Below are positions 1 to 17,430 of a stretch of 64,000 bases of DNA, piece by piece. Position numbers and translations under genes: made by a program. Origin of the DNA: the human T2T-CHM13v2.0 reference genome, Homo sapiens; assembly GCF_009914755.1 (NCBI RefSeq), contig NC_060928.1. One strand, written 5' to 3'. Every line of letters begins with the position of its first letter. The first letter of the stretch is position 1. The notes under the pieces are model-generated. The model had not been told where the DNA came from. It saw nothing but the letters and a program-made list of their open reading frames with translations, and made no database searches.

Positions 1-261
1 TTCCCTCCTTACAAGCCCTATAGAGCTACATTGGGAAGAGGGTTGTGATTTTGATTCTTTTCTCTTTCCATCCCTAGAGATTCCATTTCTGCCAAATAAT
101 CTGGTTGAAGACCAGGGAGGAAGAGGAAGAAAGAGGGTCTGGAAAGGTCACACTTTCCTGAGTGCTGCACTCTGCCTGTGGCAGGTGTTTACATTGAACT
201 CCTCTCATGGGCTTCCAGGTTCTCTTTGGAGAATCTTCCCTCTACAGCCTCACTCAGACAC

Positions 262-634
262 TGATGGTTAAGCTTTGTGTCCCCACCCAAATCTCATCTT
301 GAATTGTAATCTCCATAACCCCATGTCAAGGGAGAGAGCAGGTGGAGGTAATCGAATCATGGGGTTGGTTTCCCCATGCTGTTCTTGTGATAATGAGTGA
401 GTTGTCACAAGATCTAATGGTTTTATGAGGGGCTCTTCCCCCTTCGCTCAGCAATTCTCCTTCCTGCTGCCTTGTGAAGAAGGTGCCTTGCTTCCCCTTT
501 GGCTTCTGCCATGATTGTAAGTTTCCTGAGCCCTCCCCAGCCATGCTGAACTGTTAATCAATTAAGCCTTTTTCTTTACAAGTTACTCAGTCTCGGGTAG
601 TTCTTTATAGCAGTATGAAAACAGACTTAATACA
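262..634 (+). mobile_element. THE1D/MSTA-type MaLR solo LTR
   Basis: TGATGG...TGTGTCCCCACCCAAATCTCATCTTGAATTGTAA start; ...GACTTAATACA end; near-TSD gacac/cacac. Confidence 0.88.
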
Positions 635-1225
635 CACACTCCCCCATCACCAGGTATCTCCAACTGGAAGATCTCTTAATACAGGCGAAGGACCCTCTTC
701 TAACTCTTGTACATAAAGCTCTTAATTCAACTCCCATGAATCTGGAAGGTTTCCCCCAGCAACATTAAACTGTGGGGATTAGAGATTTGTTAGTGAAGTT
801 TAGCATATTTTCATATGTTTATGATGCTTGCTTATATAGTTTGAGTAATCTATTTTATTGCTCATCTTTTAAAACTAATTTGTAGGTGTTCTATTTGCTA
901 GATTCCAGTACATGACTTCTCTTTCAATTAGTCTATGAAGACTTTTTATCAAAGTTTTAAGTGTTAATGTAGGTAAATTTACCAATTTTGTTTCCCCTTT
1001 CCTCCCTTTTTGAATTAGTAATATTTTATTAGTACTTAACTTTATATTTTAGAAATCGCATTTAATGTGACCCAGTTAAACTTAATTAAAATCTTTTCTT
1101 AATTCTTAAAGGTCTGACAATTTTACATGTTGGAATGTGTTTCCCTCATGCTTTAAACAAAAAATAAAAATACTTTTAAAGTCACATTTTATGTATCTCA
1201 CAGTCATACATTAAAACCATTCTTA

Positions 1226-1537
1226 GGCCAGGCGTGGTGGCTCATGCCTGTAATCTCAGCACTTTGGGAGGCTGAGGTGGGTGGATCATGAGGTCACGAG
1301 ATCAAGACCATCCTGCCTAACACAGTGAAACACCATCTCTACCAAAAATACAAAAAATTAGCCGGACGTGGTGGTGGGTGCCTGTAGTCCCAGCTACTCA
1401 GGAGGCTGAGGCAGGAGAATGGCGTGAATCCGGGAGAAGGAGCTTGCAGTGAGCTGAGATCGCACCACTGCACACTCCAGCGTGGGCGACAGAGCGAGAC
1501 ACTGAGGGAAAACAAAACAAAACAAAACAAAACAAAA
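1226..1537 (+). mobile_element. Alu (AluY/Sc-like) with (CAAAA)n tail
   Basis: Full dimer; GAGAATGGCGTGAA...GGAGCTTGCAGTGAG diagnostic; TSD core attctta. Confidence 0.95.
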
Positions 1538-1539
1538 TT

Positions 1540-1585
1540 CTTATTATTTATCCAGATTTATCAAAAGTTTATTAAATAGAATACA
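1540..1585 (-). terminator. Candidate distal polyadenylation site
   Basis: AATAAA (plus tttatt 1568-1573), upstream UGUA (plus taca 1582-1585), downstream (TTTTG)n tract. Confidence 0.65.
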
Positions 1586-1714
1586 ATGGCAAAATTCAAG
1601 GCTTTTAACAATTGAGTGGTAAAGTTCAAGTGGAAGAAAGCAAAACTCAGAGGAGTAAGAGAAGAAAAGAACAATATTTTGCCTATGCCATTTAATTCCC
1701 ACAAATTTGCAAAG

Positions 1715-1910
1715 TGAGCATTGTTATTCTCAGTTTCCAGATGAATGCACTGAAATAATTTGGATATTTATCCTCTCCAAATTTCATGTTGAAATTTGGA
1801 GGTGGGGTCTGGTGGGAGGTGTTTTGGTTTACTCAGCCAAAGAATTTAGCTTCTTTGATTCGAAGCTGAGATTTGAACCCAGGGTCCTTTGATTCCAAGC
1901 CCAGATATTT
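1715..1910 (-). mobile_element. MIR fragments interrupted by a short MaLR LTR 5' fragment (~1760-1830, +)
   Basis: MIR core CAGATGAA..CTGA and GATTTGAACCCAGG flank CCAAATTTCATGTTGAAATTTGGAGGTGGGG. Confidence 0.5.
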
Positions 1911-2514
1911 ACCACAATATCTCTGTGATCATCCAATTTATATGTCTCAAGTATCTGTGCCATTGACAAATTGTAAAACTGTGCATGTATACATTATACC
2001 TCCTAAGGTTGAGACATAGATGGAAGTGCCCAGCAAAACGTCTGGCACAAAGGCATTATTTTTTGTTTTGGCTTTGGGCTAAAAAAACATAGATAACAAG
2101 CAAATGCTTTGGAGCCCTTTAAGAAGTCTTATCTTGCTTTTAAACACCTATAATAATCTTTGGCAATGACATTCTGCTTATTATTATTTTTAATGGCAGG
2201 TCAAGGCTCTTTTGCAGTTTGATTGAGAGACGTCAAGCGGGACTAAAAAAGGTGTAGGGAAATACCATTCTTGAGATGCCAGTACTCCCACCAGAAATCT
2301 CTGCAAGCACTTTCAGCTTCCATCCAGACAATTTGAATTTCAACTATGTTAGACCTCTGTGATATATTTAGAAAAACCAGCTTCAGAACATTGCTAAGGT
2401 AGTTACAAGGGTCTAAACATTTTAGAACTCTGTCAATTAGCTCAGTGGTTGTGTAGAATGGTGTTGAAGAAAATTTAATAATGGTGGCATTCAGAAGTTC
2501 ATTAAGAATGTGTA

Positions 2515-2868
2515 TGCCATGGTCTAAATGTCTGTATCCCTCCAAAACTCATGTTGAAGTCTGAACTCCTAAGGCGATGGTGTTAGAAAGTGGGGGCTTT
2601 GGGTGGTGATTAGATGGTGGTCACAGAGCCCTCATGAGTGAGATTAGTGCCCTTTTGAAAGTGGCCCGGGAGGGGACACTTCATCCCTTTTACTGTGTGA
2701 GGACACAGCAAACAGGCACCACACGTGAGCCGGCAAGTAGGCCCTCACCAGACACCAAATTGGCCTTGATTTTGGGGTTCCCAGCTTCCAAAACTGTAAG
2801 AAATAAATTTATTTACAAGCCTCCCAGTTTATGATACTTTATTATAGCAGCCCAGATAAATTCAGACA
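2515..2868 (+). mobile_element. MLT1A-type MaLR LTR
   Basis: CCAAAACTCATGTTGAAG...GAGGACACAGC...AACTGTAAGAAATAAATT...TATAGCAGCCC. Confidence 0.85.
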
Positions 2869-4712
2869 GGGTGGTTGACCAAAAGTGATCTTATATTGTT
2901 TACAAAAGGCAAACCCTTCACAAGAAACAAGAGGTATTTTGAGTTCACAATCAGTCCAGTGAAGCAATATTATGCTAAGAAGGATGTTCTTCTGTTTGCT
3001 ACTCAACATTGAAGATGTGAAGAATGAGAACATTTGGCTGGAAACGGCACCTAATGAAACAAACACCCACTGGTGGGACATAAACAGCTATAGGCATAAG
3101 ACAAACCATCTCGGCCCTCCTGAGACTTGCAAGATCTAACTTCTCCAGGCAAGGCATTTATATCTTTGGAAATGCATGAGGTTTTAATTTGACCAAGAAT
3201 AAATGTTTAAGTATGCAAGAGTTAGAGAATGGCAGCCACAGGGCACCATTTTAGGTTAAAATAGTGTGCATTTATACACACACACACACACAGCAGCTGG
3301 AGGGAGAGTATGGCTCTTGGAAATTTTGAAGCAATCACTGTTTAAAGTTCATGGGAAATTCACTAAATCATTGTTTTGAGATTTGGGTTTCATATATCTT
3401 GTACCTCTCCTTCTTTACAGATCCTTGATGAATTGAAGATATTCAAGGAGGTAAAAAGGGATCAAACTGTAGTGCTAGTTTTACTACTGGTCAAGTCAAA
3501 CTGGGGATATGGCTGGGCTTTCCATCTCCTTCTAGGAATCCAGACTGCAGGATCCCAGTTTATCTTCTCAGGAGTAGGCAGAAAGGCTGGAGCTATATAG
3601 GGTACACCTGATGGCTCTGGGTAAGAGGCATCTAAGCCTGGACAATAAGGCAATCTAAGCGCCCTGGACCCCTACCCAGCTCTGTTACCCCACCCCCGCC
3701 TGTATTTTCACAATGCTCAGCTCTCATCATTCTCACCAAACAACACACACACAACGCACAAACACACACACACTCTGCTCTACCAAGTACAGGAAAAACC
3801 TCGCGTTTGATGACCAGGAGGAATTGTTGATTCTATGGGAATTCTATTTTAATTAAAGAAAAAAGTTCTTTCATTGCAAATACTTCCAGTTCCACTGCAG
3901 ATTCCTAGCAGAAGCTGTCACATGGAAAATCAACTGATTCTGCACATTCATGGTTAAAAGAACGATTTCAATAGCAGTGGAAACAATAATAACATCAACA
4001 AAAAACAGAATAAATTGTATCTATATTACATTTATTATGAAAAGTGAGATGCAAAAAAATCATAATCTAAATTTTTTGATGGTAAAACTAAGTCATTAGT
4101 TGAATATCAGAATTTTAAGCATCCATTCAAAAATCAAATCCAAAATGAAGGTGTAAGTATACGTAATTCCAAAATCTTACTTCATCTTTGTATAAATTAT
4201 AACATTTCTTCTTTTTTCTAGGAAATGAAGTTTTATTGGTCAATATCTGGAGGATGAGAACTTTCTGAAATGATTTTATGGCCTTTGTAAACATTATAAT
4301 GTAGACATTATAAAAAAACATAACTTTGGATTTTAATATTAATACATTCATAAATGGACTTTCCATTTTGAATATTTTTTCTTGTAATATTATACCACAC
4401 TTTTGATCTTTCTTAGTTGAGTATTTACACACATAAATGATTCTCATATTGAAAACTGCAATTTTTAAGTTATAATTTTTCTGGGTATTATTCAAATTAA
4501 TACACATCTTTCAAAAATAATCACATAAATTTATCTTTGAAGCAACCATAAGTATTGACAAACATCAAGATTTCAGGTATGCTGCACTTATAAACATGTA
4601 TACTTTTATTAGTTAAAAAACACTGCCACTCTAGTTGTAATTGTAGTGTTCTTATAGCTGGTTAATCTTTTATTTTTATTTAATATACAACGATGGCACA
4701 TTCGTTCTCTAA

Positions 4713-5138
<426 letters not shown>

Positions 5139-8100
5139 TGATACCCAACCAACGTAATTTTTAGTGTCGAGGATTCAAGGTCAAATTGTGTTAGGTTTTA
5201 AGAACCAGGTGAGACTTTTTGATCCCTAATAGAGCACTTCCTTTGAGAAAAAATGAGATAAATTCGAACAATATCAATTAACTGGTTGGAATTATGATAA
5301 GCTGACAAATCTTGTTCAGAGTTGACACTTGCCAGCTAATGATTCTAATGTTGTTAGAATCCACACAGTATTACCTGTTATTGATAATACTAATTTTTTG
5401 TTTGAGTCCATCTTAAGGAACTCAAGACACGAGGCAATTTAAGTGCCCTGGAACCCCACCCAAGGGTTCATTGCTCATATCCTATTATCTCACCAACATC
5501 ATCTGCAATTTTTTTTCATTTAAATCTTTGACTTCTCTTCGGTGTTGGTAGGCATAGTTTTGCTGAGCTCAAGAGAAGAATGCCTGTGATCATATCCACT
5601 TTGAGTGATTATACATGCTTGAAATCTAGGGATCCATTTCCAAAAAATGTAGGGCTTTTATTGGTTTGTGCAAATCAACACACTGATACATGTCCAAAAG
5701 GAGTCTCCAAAACATAATCGATTTTCATCCCTGTTTGCCATTTCCAGATATGAAATTAGGTGCTTAAAGAGAAGCATTAATTCCCTGTAGCTACTCAGTT
5801 ACCAGTCTGTGCTTCAGTTGCTGGAGTTTTCTAAGCACAAAATCTGCTACCAGGGAGTAACACCATTAATTGGGGGGGCATCTCATTCAATAATAATATT
5901 TGTAAAACAGAGCAGTCATGGAAATATGCAACTTTCAATTAGTGGTTTTAATTTGTGATTTATCTGAATATACTAGTATAAATAAAATGTATTATGTGTG
6001 CCTATATATGTGGATAAGCTATTTACATTTTTATGTGTAGAAAATGAAAAATATATATTGATTAGCCCTTTTGAGGCTTTTGAACAACTGTTTCATCTTC
6101 CTTCTTTCCTGCAACTGCTTTGAGGATTTAGATAATTCATACAAGGTATGTACACAATCACACCCATAGTATGTACATCCTAGTCACACACTTAACACGG
6201 AGAGGATGTGTGAGGAATGTAAATTATCCCAGTGGTCAAAGAACTGACCTTACCTGTGACTAATGGCATGGTTACTTAGCCCTGGCATATTTAATAATAT
6301 GCCAATGTACTGATTACTATATTCAGCCTTTGTGATAATTATGTTACCTACTCAAGGAGATGATAAAAAAAAAACACAAATCAAACAGCCCTTTCTGACC
6401 TTCAAAAATAAAAGGACAAATTCTGTTACTGAATACATGTGCACACTTTTGTTGGCTTTATTCATGTATGTACATATGCCTGCCTGAATACAGAAATTGG
6501 CCTTTAAATGGGATACGACAAGTTATTTTTTTTACACATAAAAATAGAAAACTGATCACTCAGACTGTACACACTCACAGAATGTATTGACATACCACGA
6601 CCAGCTACAGTATTATGCACGACATATTGTTCACACATTAGTACAGCAGAGATACACACATTTAGAAAATTAGTAATTGCTAGTATATATTTTTCTTATT
6701 TTCAGGCTGTGTTGACCTTTTTCAACCTTAATAAAAGGTATCTCCAGGGGCCCTTAAAACAAGAATTAGTCTTTCCTCTCCTCTAGGGATTGGGGAGTAT
6801 GACTATAATACTGCAATCTCCTGATATACCAGCATCATTTTAAGACACGATGGAAAACATTAGGAAAAATAAGTTACGTAAAGATGTGATCTAAAATAAA
6901 TGTTAAGGAATCTCAACTAAAATCATCAAGGATGCCAATTAACATGAGTAAGCCCTTTCTACTCATTTTATATAGTTTGCTCTACACACAGCCTTTACAT
7001 GTTATTAAAAGCAATGATATGAATCAGAAAAAAAACTGTTTAACTGCTCAAGAGTTTTTCTAAAGAGAGACAATTTTTAAAGCAACAAAGAACAATACTA
7101 GCAGCAATGTCAAAAAGCAAGCTATAATTTTCACCCCAGAAATAAATGAATGACATCTCCATAGTTAAGAGATCAAGAAAGCTGTTAGCAATTCTCTCCC
7201 ATTTAATTCTTTCTAACATCATTAAATCACTGGGGTATCTCATCATAATTATCACCATGCAGGTTGATCATCAATATCCTTTTCTAAAGTGTAAAATATG
7301 TGATTTTTATTCCTACTATTTTGCAGCCAATTAATTTTGAGCTTGAATCCAGAAAGATACTTGATGAAGAGTTAGCATTTAGAAGTGCCCATCTGGAGCA
7401 TCGTTTTCTGTAAGGCATCATTTGAAGCCTCTTTGGATACAAGATCTCATGTTTTAGTGATTTTACATCCGGGAGCCCATTTTTTCACAGCTAAAGCTGG
7501 TAATCCTCTGGGCAGAGTTAACTGAATTGCTTTCTACATGCTAGTGTCCAGAAAGAGTAATTACCATAAGTTTAAAGTCTCCATTTCAACAAAACTTCTG
7601 GTTGCAGCTGTCTTGAGTTTTAAGCCAGCAAGACTTTGAGTGGCTCCTCTTCCCTCTGGGCTCACATAAAAACATAGATGCCAACTGTATCCTGACTAAT
7701 GCTCATTAGTGCTGTACCTCTTTATGAAGCTTCTAAACAAGTTTTTCCAGGAAGAAAGCAGAAACTATGCCTTTGCTTATTTTATCCTGTGGGTTACAGT
7801 CAGTCTTCATAAAGCAAACCATCATTATATAATGGTGTGCCCATAATAGATGCATTTGCTGGTATAACTGCCTCTTTTTGGCACATTATTGCTTGGCTTT
7901 AATTTCATATTCAACAGTCTTTATTCTCATTATTAGTATCTGAGATATTTGTGTCTTAAAAAAACTTGCAAATAACATCTTGTTGCACCATTCTGGCCAC
8001 CACAAGTCATTTCACCAAGGTCCAAGGTTATTTGAATGTTGTTTATAATTATCATCACGTTTACTTACCTAACAGCCAAAAATAATGTTTCAGGATTGTT

Positions 8101-9424
8101 TGTTGCTGCTATCTACACATATATACAGATGCACTGGATTTATTTTGAGAGAGGTTATTTTGTTGTGGCAAGTGAGTAGTTTAGCTGGTGACTGTTCACA
8201 GTTAAAAGTAGCTGTAATGACCTCTGGCAGATGTCACTGATCACTTGGGAGACAGAATTTTTCCACTTCAATCCATCTTCATTTATGTCCTTGGTCATTG
8301 CAAACCCAGCTTATTTGATTTCTGCAGCCAAGGAGAATTGTTTTCTTTCCAAGAGTAGGATAAAGTTCATGGAAATCTGTTTCAGTATTTACAAGACTAT
8401 TTTTTTTCCCATTTGCAAAAATGTCTAAAATTTTGTAGACATCCTTAAGCCCATGTGTCTGGACAGATGACATTTGTAATTGCTCAGCCAGTTGAAGAAT
8501 TTCATTAAGAAGGATATCGTTACAAGGATGGACAGGAGATTCAGCATATCCTCTGTTATTTGCCAGGTGGCAGCAGCTGACCCGAATTTGGAGAGAATCA
8601 ACCAAAAAGGGCCACGCACAACATCAGGAAGCATTGCTAACAGAAAACAAAATGCTCAGATACATATGTAAAATAACAAACACTAAAGGGGATGTTTGAC
8701 TTCTGATTTCACCATGTACACAAAAACAGAGTGGGAATAAGGTAGTCGGCTCACTTATGCAAGATACTGCTGAGTTCACTGTTCTACCACAAAGGGAAAT
8801 TCACAGGCCTCACTTCTCAAACACCACTTAGAACAAAGCAGGAGAGAGTAAACAGCATCATCTCCATGGCAGCATTACAGATAATTAGTAAATCAGGCAG
8901 GTAGAGGTCTACACAAGGCTACAAGTGCCCAGTTTTCAATAAAAACACATATACATATATGCAAACCTTATCCTAATGTATTGTTTTTCTTTATACTGAT
9001 TCATAAAAGTAGACAAGGGATGTGGTTAATTATGTGTTACTAGGAGTAGACAAAATTTTAAACACTTGGCACAATATGTAGGAGGAAGAGAAGACACACA
9101 TTTCACACATTTTGGCAGCAAAACAGTAACAAAGTGGATGCAGAAAAGGACAAACAATTTATATTAACAGCACACTTGCATATATCCTCTGTAAACACAT
9201 TTTAAAGTAACATCATACTCTGTTCTTGGTATGCTATATATAGGGATTCTCAGAATGACAGGCATTCCCAGAAATGAGAGGAAAAACATTAGTATAAGCT
9301 AGGAACAGTGAAACCTCAATATGCTAGAATACAAACAAATGCTATTTTCCTCTTCTGCTTTCTACTTTAAGACAGCAAGCTCCTATTATGAATTTGGTTC
9401 TGAAATCCAACCTCTAAGGTATAT

Positions 9425-9454
9425 GTTACACATGCATATTTAGTTCAATTTATT
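9425..9454 (-). terminator. Candidate proximal polyadenylation site (~3.5 kb UTR isoform)
   Basis: AATAAA (plus tttatt 9449-9454) followed by ATGTGT; one of several hexamers in the UTR, favoured because I recall a ~3.5 kb UTR isoform. Confidence 0.45.
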
Positions 9455-12400
9455 TCAATTTTTATGTTTAACTTTATAACATGGTGAACACTGGTATTCA
9501 AAACAGTATCAGAGAATTCTCAAGATTAAAAAAAATTATCAAAGATCAAATTACATTCAATATAGGTGAACTTATCAAGGCAGGAAACATACTAACACAT
9601 TTTATAAATATTCAATTTCAGACGTGAACAAAAAGGTTTCTGGTTAACATTGACTTATCAGGATGTTCAACTTTTGCCAGTGACCCAAAGCACAAAGGTT
9701 AATCAATATTTTACTCTATGTAAAGTAGTTGGTCTGTGGCATTCAAAGTCAATAATCCAGAAATACATAATTAGAAAAGCATTCAAGATAAACATATGAC
9801 AGCTGAAGCTGTCACATTTTTCTCATGGTCATAAAAACAGAACAATCAATCTTTAAATTAAAAATTTTAGTATTCACTTGTTAAGTGGTATAGCATCTTA
9901 ATATTTTAAATGTTGAATTGTCTTCCAGACATGGAGTTCTAACTCACCTTTTTACTACTGGTTTAAGGAATATTTTCTATTTCTTGATTCAATAAAATAT
10001 TTCCTCCATATATTTCAAAAATATAATGCATGAAAAAGAACCAAATCATATCTAAGAGAAATGAAGGGTAAAACCAAACAACTTTCAACCCAATGTGTGT
10101 CATGCAGGTAAAGTAAGGAAAAAACTGAGCAAGTTCCAAGAGTCTACCAAGAAAACTGTTTTGCAGCTTCATCTGTTGAATGAACCTTAGGTTTCACAAA
10201 TAAGGTATACTAAATGCCTAATGCTATGTCACAGATTGAAGTGAAGGAAAATTCTCAAATAAGGTTTTATTGTGAGAGTAACTTAGGGGAGGTATCACAA
10301 TACAAAAATGCTGCTGTCTTGAATAGGTCCCTATCTTATTTATCCATCTGAAGATATATTTCTGTTAATGTCCTTAAAAGCTGTTAGTTATATAGGGTTT
10401 AATGAGCCACAAAACAAACAATATTTTTGTAATATTTTGTGACAATCTCTTGAGTGTTGTAGAAGTGAAGAATTTGGTCCCAGCACCAAAGAAAATCAGT
10501 TAAACTCAGTACATTAAACAAATTTTCTTAAAGTTTTGATAGACATAACCACAATAGCAAATCTAGCAATTTTAATGTATTTAATGTGAGACAAATGCCA
10601 ACAACTCTCTCAGGCCTCTGCTTCATTTAACTGTTTACAAATCATGTGGTTACTCTAAAGTCATGAAAATAAATATTATTATCAGAGGCGAAATTCCTTA
10701 TTCTCACCTATTTTAATGCAGGGACAGCCTGTTCTAGCCACTTTACAGCAGAGGATTACCTGGGGCCACCCATCTGGAGTAGGCCCTGTTGACAGCTGCT
10801 ACTGTGTACACAGGCTGTACTCTGTGTATACACAGCATGTATGCCCATGTGGGAGGGAGAAGCCAGCTAGCAAGAGTTAGAGAGATTATGTCCTGGCAGA
10901 GGCATCTGAGACAGAAGTGACACGAACACAACTACAAATGGGTATTTAAGGCCCAAAGAGAGAGTGTTAGGCTAAATCTCTAATCATTAATAGTAATTTG
11001 CTTGGTAATTTGATGGAAATTTCAACATTACATAGTATTCTTAATAGACACCAATGGGTAAGAAACTGAAAAATGTGCCTTATTAAAAAATTCCTTCTAA
11101 TTTCCAAATAGAACAACTGTAACAACTCTCAGGCTCTGAGAATACTGTTCCATATATGCAAGCTTTGTCTACAGTTAAATTGCTTCAAAATAAATCAAAG
11201 GCTTTTTACTAATTTAGGTTGTGTCGAGTGTAGCTTGTGCTAAGTTCAGGAATGATTTTTTTTCCTGCATATGTTCAGAATGTGCAGAACAGAATTAAAG
11301 TGAAAAAAGCCAGAACAGATACTGTGAATTGACTGTACCCACGGGACACATGAGTCTCTAGAGAGAATACCTATGGTTAGGTACTCTTTTCTAGCTCATT
11401 ACGGGGAATGAGTTCAAAGAAGACAACCGGTGCCCCTCCAGCATCTAAGTCTGGTTTTCTAAACGCAAAATGGAGACCAGCACTCCCCCAACAATATCTG
11501 CAGGAAGGGAAGGCTTCCCAGGGCCGTTGTTCATTCTTCCTTTCCACACTACCCCAATTCTCAAGGCGATGCTGCTCATCCAGGCCAGTGCCTTGGAGGA
11601 TACTCATGTGTCTCGGGACACACGTCTCTTCTGGAGACACGGGAGGGCCAAGGTCCCAGGAAGTATAATCCACCCAAATCACAAGCCATGTTTTCGTAAA
11701 GGCCTCTTCTTTCATTGGGTTTGAAGGATATTATGGGTATTTCTCTTAAAATCAATAAGTTTGCAGAAGTTACCTTTTTACTCCAGCATATATATTTAAG
11801 CAATTAGATGATAGTAGTCTATGTACAAAAATTGTAAGGAAGCTCACATTCTAATTTGGTGTTGACTACATTTGTTACTGGAAGTTACTGAACCCAATTA
11901 AAAAAAATCACTAATTGCATCCTGTTTACAGGAGTCTAAATTAAACATTGTTTTTGTTACTTATGAGGCTTTTATCATCACAGAAAAAGCAGTGTTTGGT
12001 AATCTGCTATTTATAGTTCCTGACCAGAACCTTAGCATTCTCAGTAGAATATCACTGGAGAACACCTGCACAGTATCAATTTAGTATTATCCCTAATTTG
12101 ATGGCTCTTTTCAAGAATTCAGTCCCATGTACTTCCTCTAGGGTAAGAAAATATGAATATGTCTGGTCAGAATCACAGAGATGCGCCTTGCCTTCAGTGC
12201 AGGAAAATGGGTCTATATAAATCCATGTTTAATGTAGGCAGTTTTCATAGTCAAAAGCTTAGCTAATGTTCCTAATATAACTTTCTTATATTTATTAACA
12301 GCAATAAGAAGGTTTATAAAAAGAGTTGTCTGCAGATGTTTATAAACATTAATTCATATTTCATATTTTACACATTTAACTGTTTTTATTTAATGTTATC

Positions 12401-12937
12401 TGGCCTAGGAATGAATCAAATATGTTCTCATTTTTTTCATTATGGTTCTTATCACCTATTTATAATTTGTGTGGTTACAGCATTCTTACTGCAATAAGAC
12501 TAGAAATTATAACAATGTTTTCGCCAATAGTGTTTTTGCTACTTTCAATATGAAGCAGGGATTTTAATGGAACTACTACTGTGTGATAAATTGAGGCAGT
12601 TATACAAAATAATACATGTATAATGATACAATAATGCTATTTCTATGAACAACATCATATTTTTAAAAACCCAGTGAGTATTATTTTCAATTTGTTAAGG
12701 TTGCAAACCTTCAGTGAAGCTTGTTTCTCTTTTCTTGTTCCTTCTTTCAAATTGAAATGACATTTTTGTTTATAGAGCTCCAGGTCAAAGGATCTAACAA
12801 TTTTTAATAGCAATTTCCTATAGTGAATACTTGCTTTTTCTTCCTAGTCTTGCAGCAAAAAACTAAGCAAGCTTTGACATAGAGGGACACATGTGAATAC
12901 CGTAAATTTATACACAAACTCCCATAAATACTCCCTT

Positions 12938-15346
<2,409 letters not shown>

Positions 15347-15390
15347 TCAGAGTGATGACACAGTCAGGGATGATTCCTCTGAAGAACCAG

Positions 15391-15420
15391 CCTGTGAATC
15401 AAGGAAACAGCATCATTAAT
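15391..15420 (-). promoter_or_regulatory. GPRIN3: 3' splice acceptor of the terminal coding exon (exon starts 15391; 123 nt 5'UTR before ATG)
   Basis: Minus strand reads TATTAATGATGCTGTTTCCTTGATTCACAG|GCTGG: branch-like TTAAT, pyrimidine tract, CAG; composition switches to AT-rich intron above it. Confidence 0.85.
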
Positions 15421-15789
15421 ACAGTACGTCGCTTAAGGATTGAAAAATAAACCAAACTGTCGTTTTTATAAGAGCACATTAAAAACTTTTCTTCCCATAC
15501 CTGTTGATATAAAAATAGACCTTGTGGGGAGGGAGAAGAAAAATAAATAAATAAAAATAGACTTGAGAAAAAGATTTTGAAAAAAATTATAATTACGAAA
15601 ATATTATTTTGATATATTAGTTTCTGCTTGCATCCCACTAATGTCTAGCAAATAGGTTTTTCATGTATCTACCTAAGTTTGCTAACTACCTCAAAAGTTA
15701 TTGGTGTAATCTGACTTAGCAGATGTCAGAAAATCCTGTAAAGCCACTCTAATTAAATCAATAAGTAAGTATTGAAGTAGGCATAAACA

Positions 15790-16870
15790 GATATGTGAAA
15801 TAAGAAATCTAGGGATAGATCCAAATATAAATGGGGACTTAATCTATGACAAAAGAAGTATTACAATTTGGTGGTGAAAGGCTGAGTTATTTCATAGAAG
15901 GAGTTGGCAAACTGTTCATGCATCTGGAAGAAAAGAAAAGTAGATGTTTATATTATACCAATTCCAAAAATAAATCCTAGATGGATGCAGTGGATTAAAG
16001 GTTAAAATATAAAATAAATAAATAAAATCATATAAGAAAACCTACGAATCATAAATGTAATCTAGAGACAGGTGAGCTAGGCTTTTTCTGAGATGGTAGA
16101 AACACTGTAAGAGAAAACAAACATAGGTGACTAAATAAAATTCAAAACCTGAATTTTATGGCATGACAAAAGATGCTATAAAAAATACAAGATTTTGGGG
16201 GAAATAAAAAGTGTATAACCCTAGAGGGCAGGCAAAAATACCTATAATATAGCAGGAGCTCTTTAACATTTATGAGGAGATCAAATAATCCATTGAAAAA
16301 ATGGATAACAAATATAAAAACATAGTTTACAAGATACGAAATTTAAGTAACCATCAAGCTTATGAAAAGATGATCAAATTCATTTGTAGTCAAATAATGC
16401 AAATAAAGTAACAATGCAATTTGACTTCACACCAGTTGCATCTGCAAAATCTTAAAAAAAATAGACTTTTAATAGTAAGGTCTAGGGAGACCTAGCAAAA
16501 GGAAGTGTTTTTATTAATTGTAGGTGCAAATAAATATGTATTGTTACAGCTTTCTTATGGAGGCAGTTTAATTTTTAAAACTATAAATACACATTTCCTT
16601 GACTCAATGATACCAACTCTATCAACAGAAATAGAAACACCAACATATATGAATATGGGGATGTTTCCTGAAGTACTATTTGTAGAAGAAAAACAGACTG
16701 GTCTTTATAAATAGGCAGAATGATAGGAAAAGTCATGATGTAATTCTACTACAGAGTATTATGCAACCAGTAAAGTAAATAATTCAGCTATAACTTTTCA
16801 CATGGAAGAGATTTCCTCAAGGTATGATTGAATGAGAAAAACAAGGTCCAGAAAACAGCATATACATTTT
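15790..16870 (+). mobile_element. Ancient L1M (ORF2 3' end/3'UTR) relic
   Basis: Degenerate L1 landmarks: AAAATAAATCCTAGATGGAT, TATGAAAAGATGATCAAATTCATT, ACAGAGTATTATGCAACC. Confidence 0.7.
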
Positions 16871-17107
16871 CATTTTTGTAAAACAATGACCTAAAACACT
16901 GCATATGTATGCATACAAACAGGCACACACACAGATATGTCTGTGTATGATTACATAAATTCTAAAAACATTTGGAATGAGACATATTAGGTGTTAAATA
17001 GAGGGAGAGTGATAAGTTGGGGACAGAGAGGGGAGATGAAAGTACCCAAAGGTGGAAAATGCTGAATTTTAAAAATCAGAAATGATTTAGGGCATATCAT
17101 TATGTAA

Positions 17108-17430
<323 letters not shown>

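Noticed and set aside
8560-8580. CTCF-like TTGCCAGGTGGCAGCA (and TCACCAGATGGTG near 56079)
   Set aside because: The 5' half of the core deviates and there is no upstream module; weak.
11377-11803. Four overlapping ORFs in a GC-richer UTR patch
   Set aside because: No homology I recognise; expected where stop codons are locally scarce.
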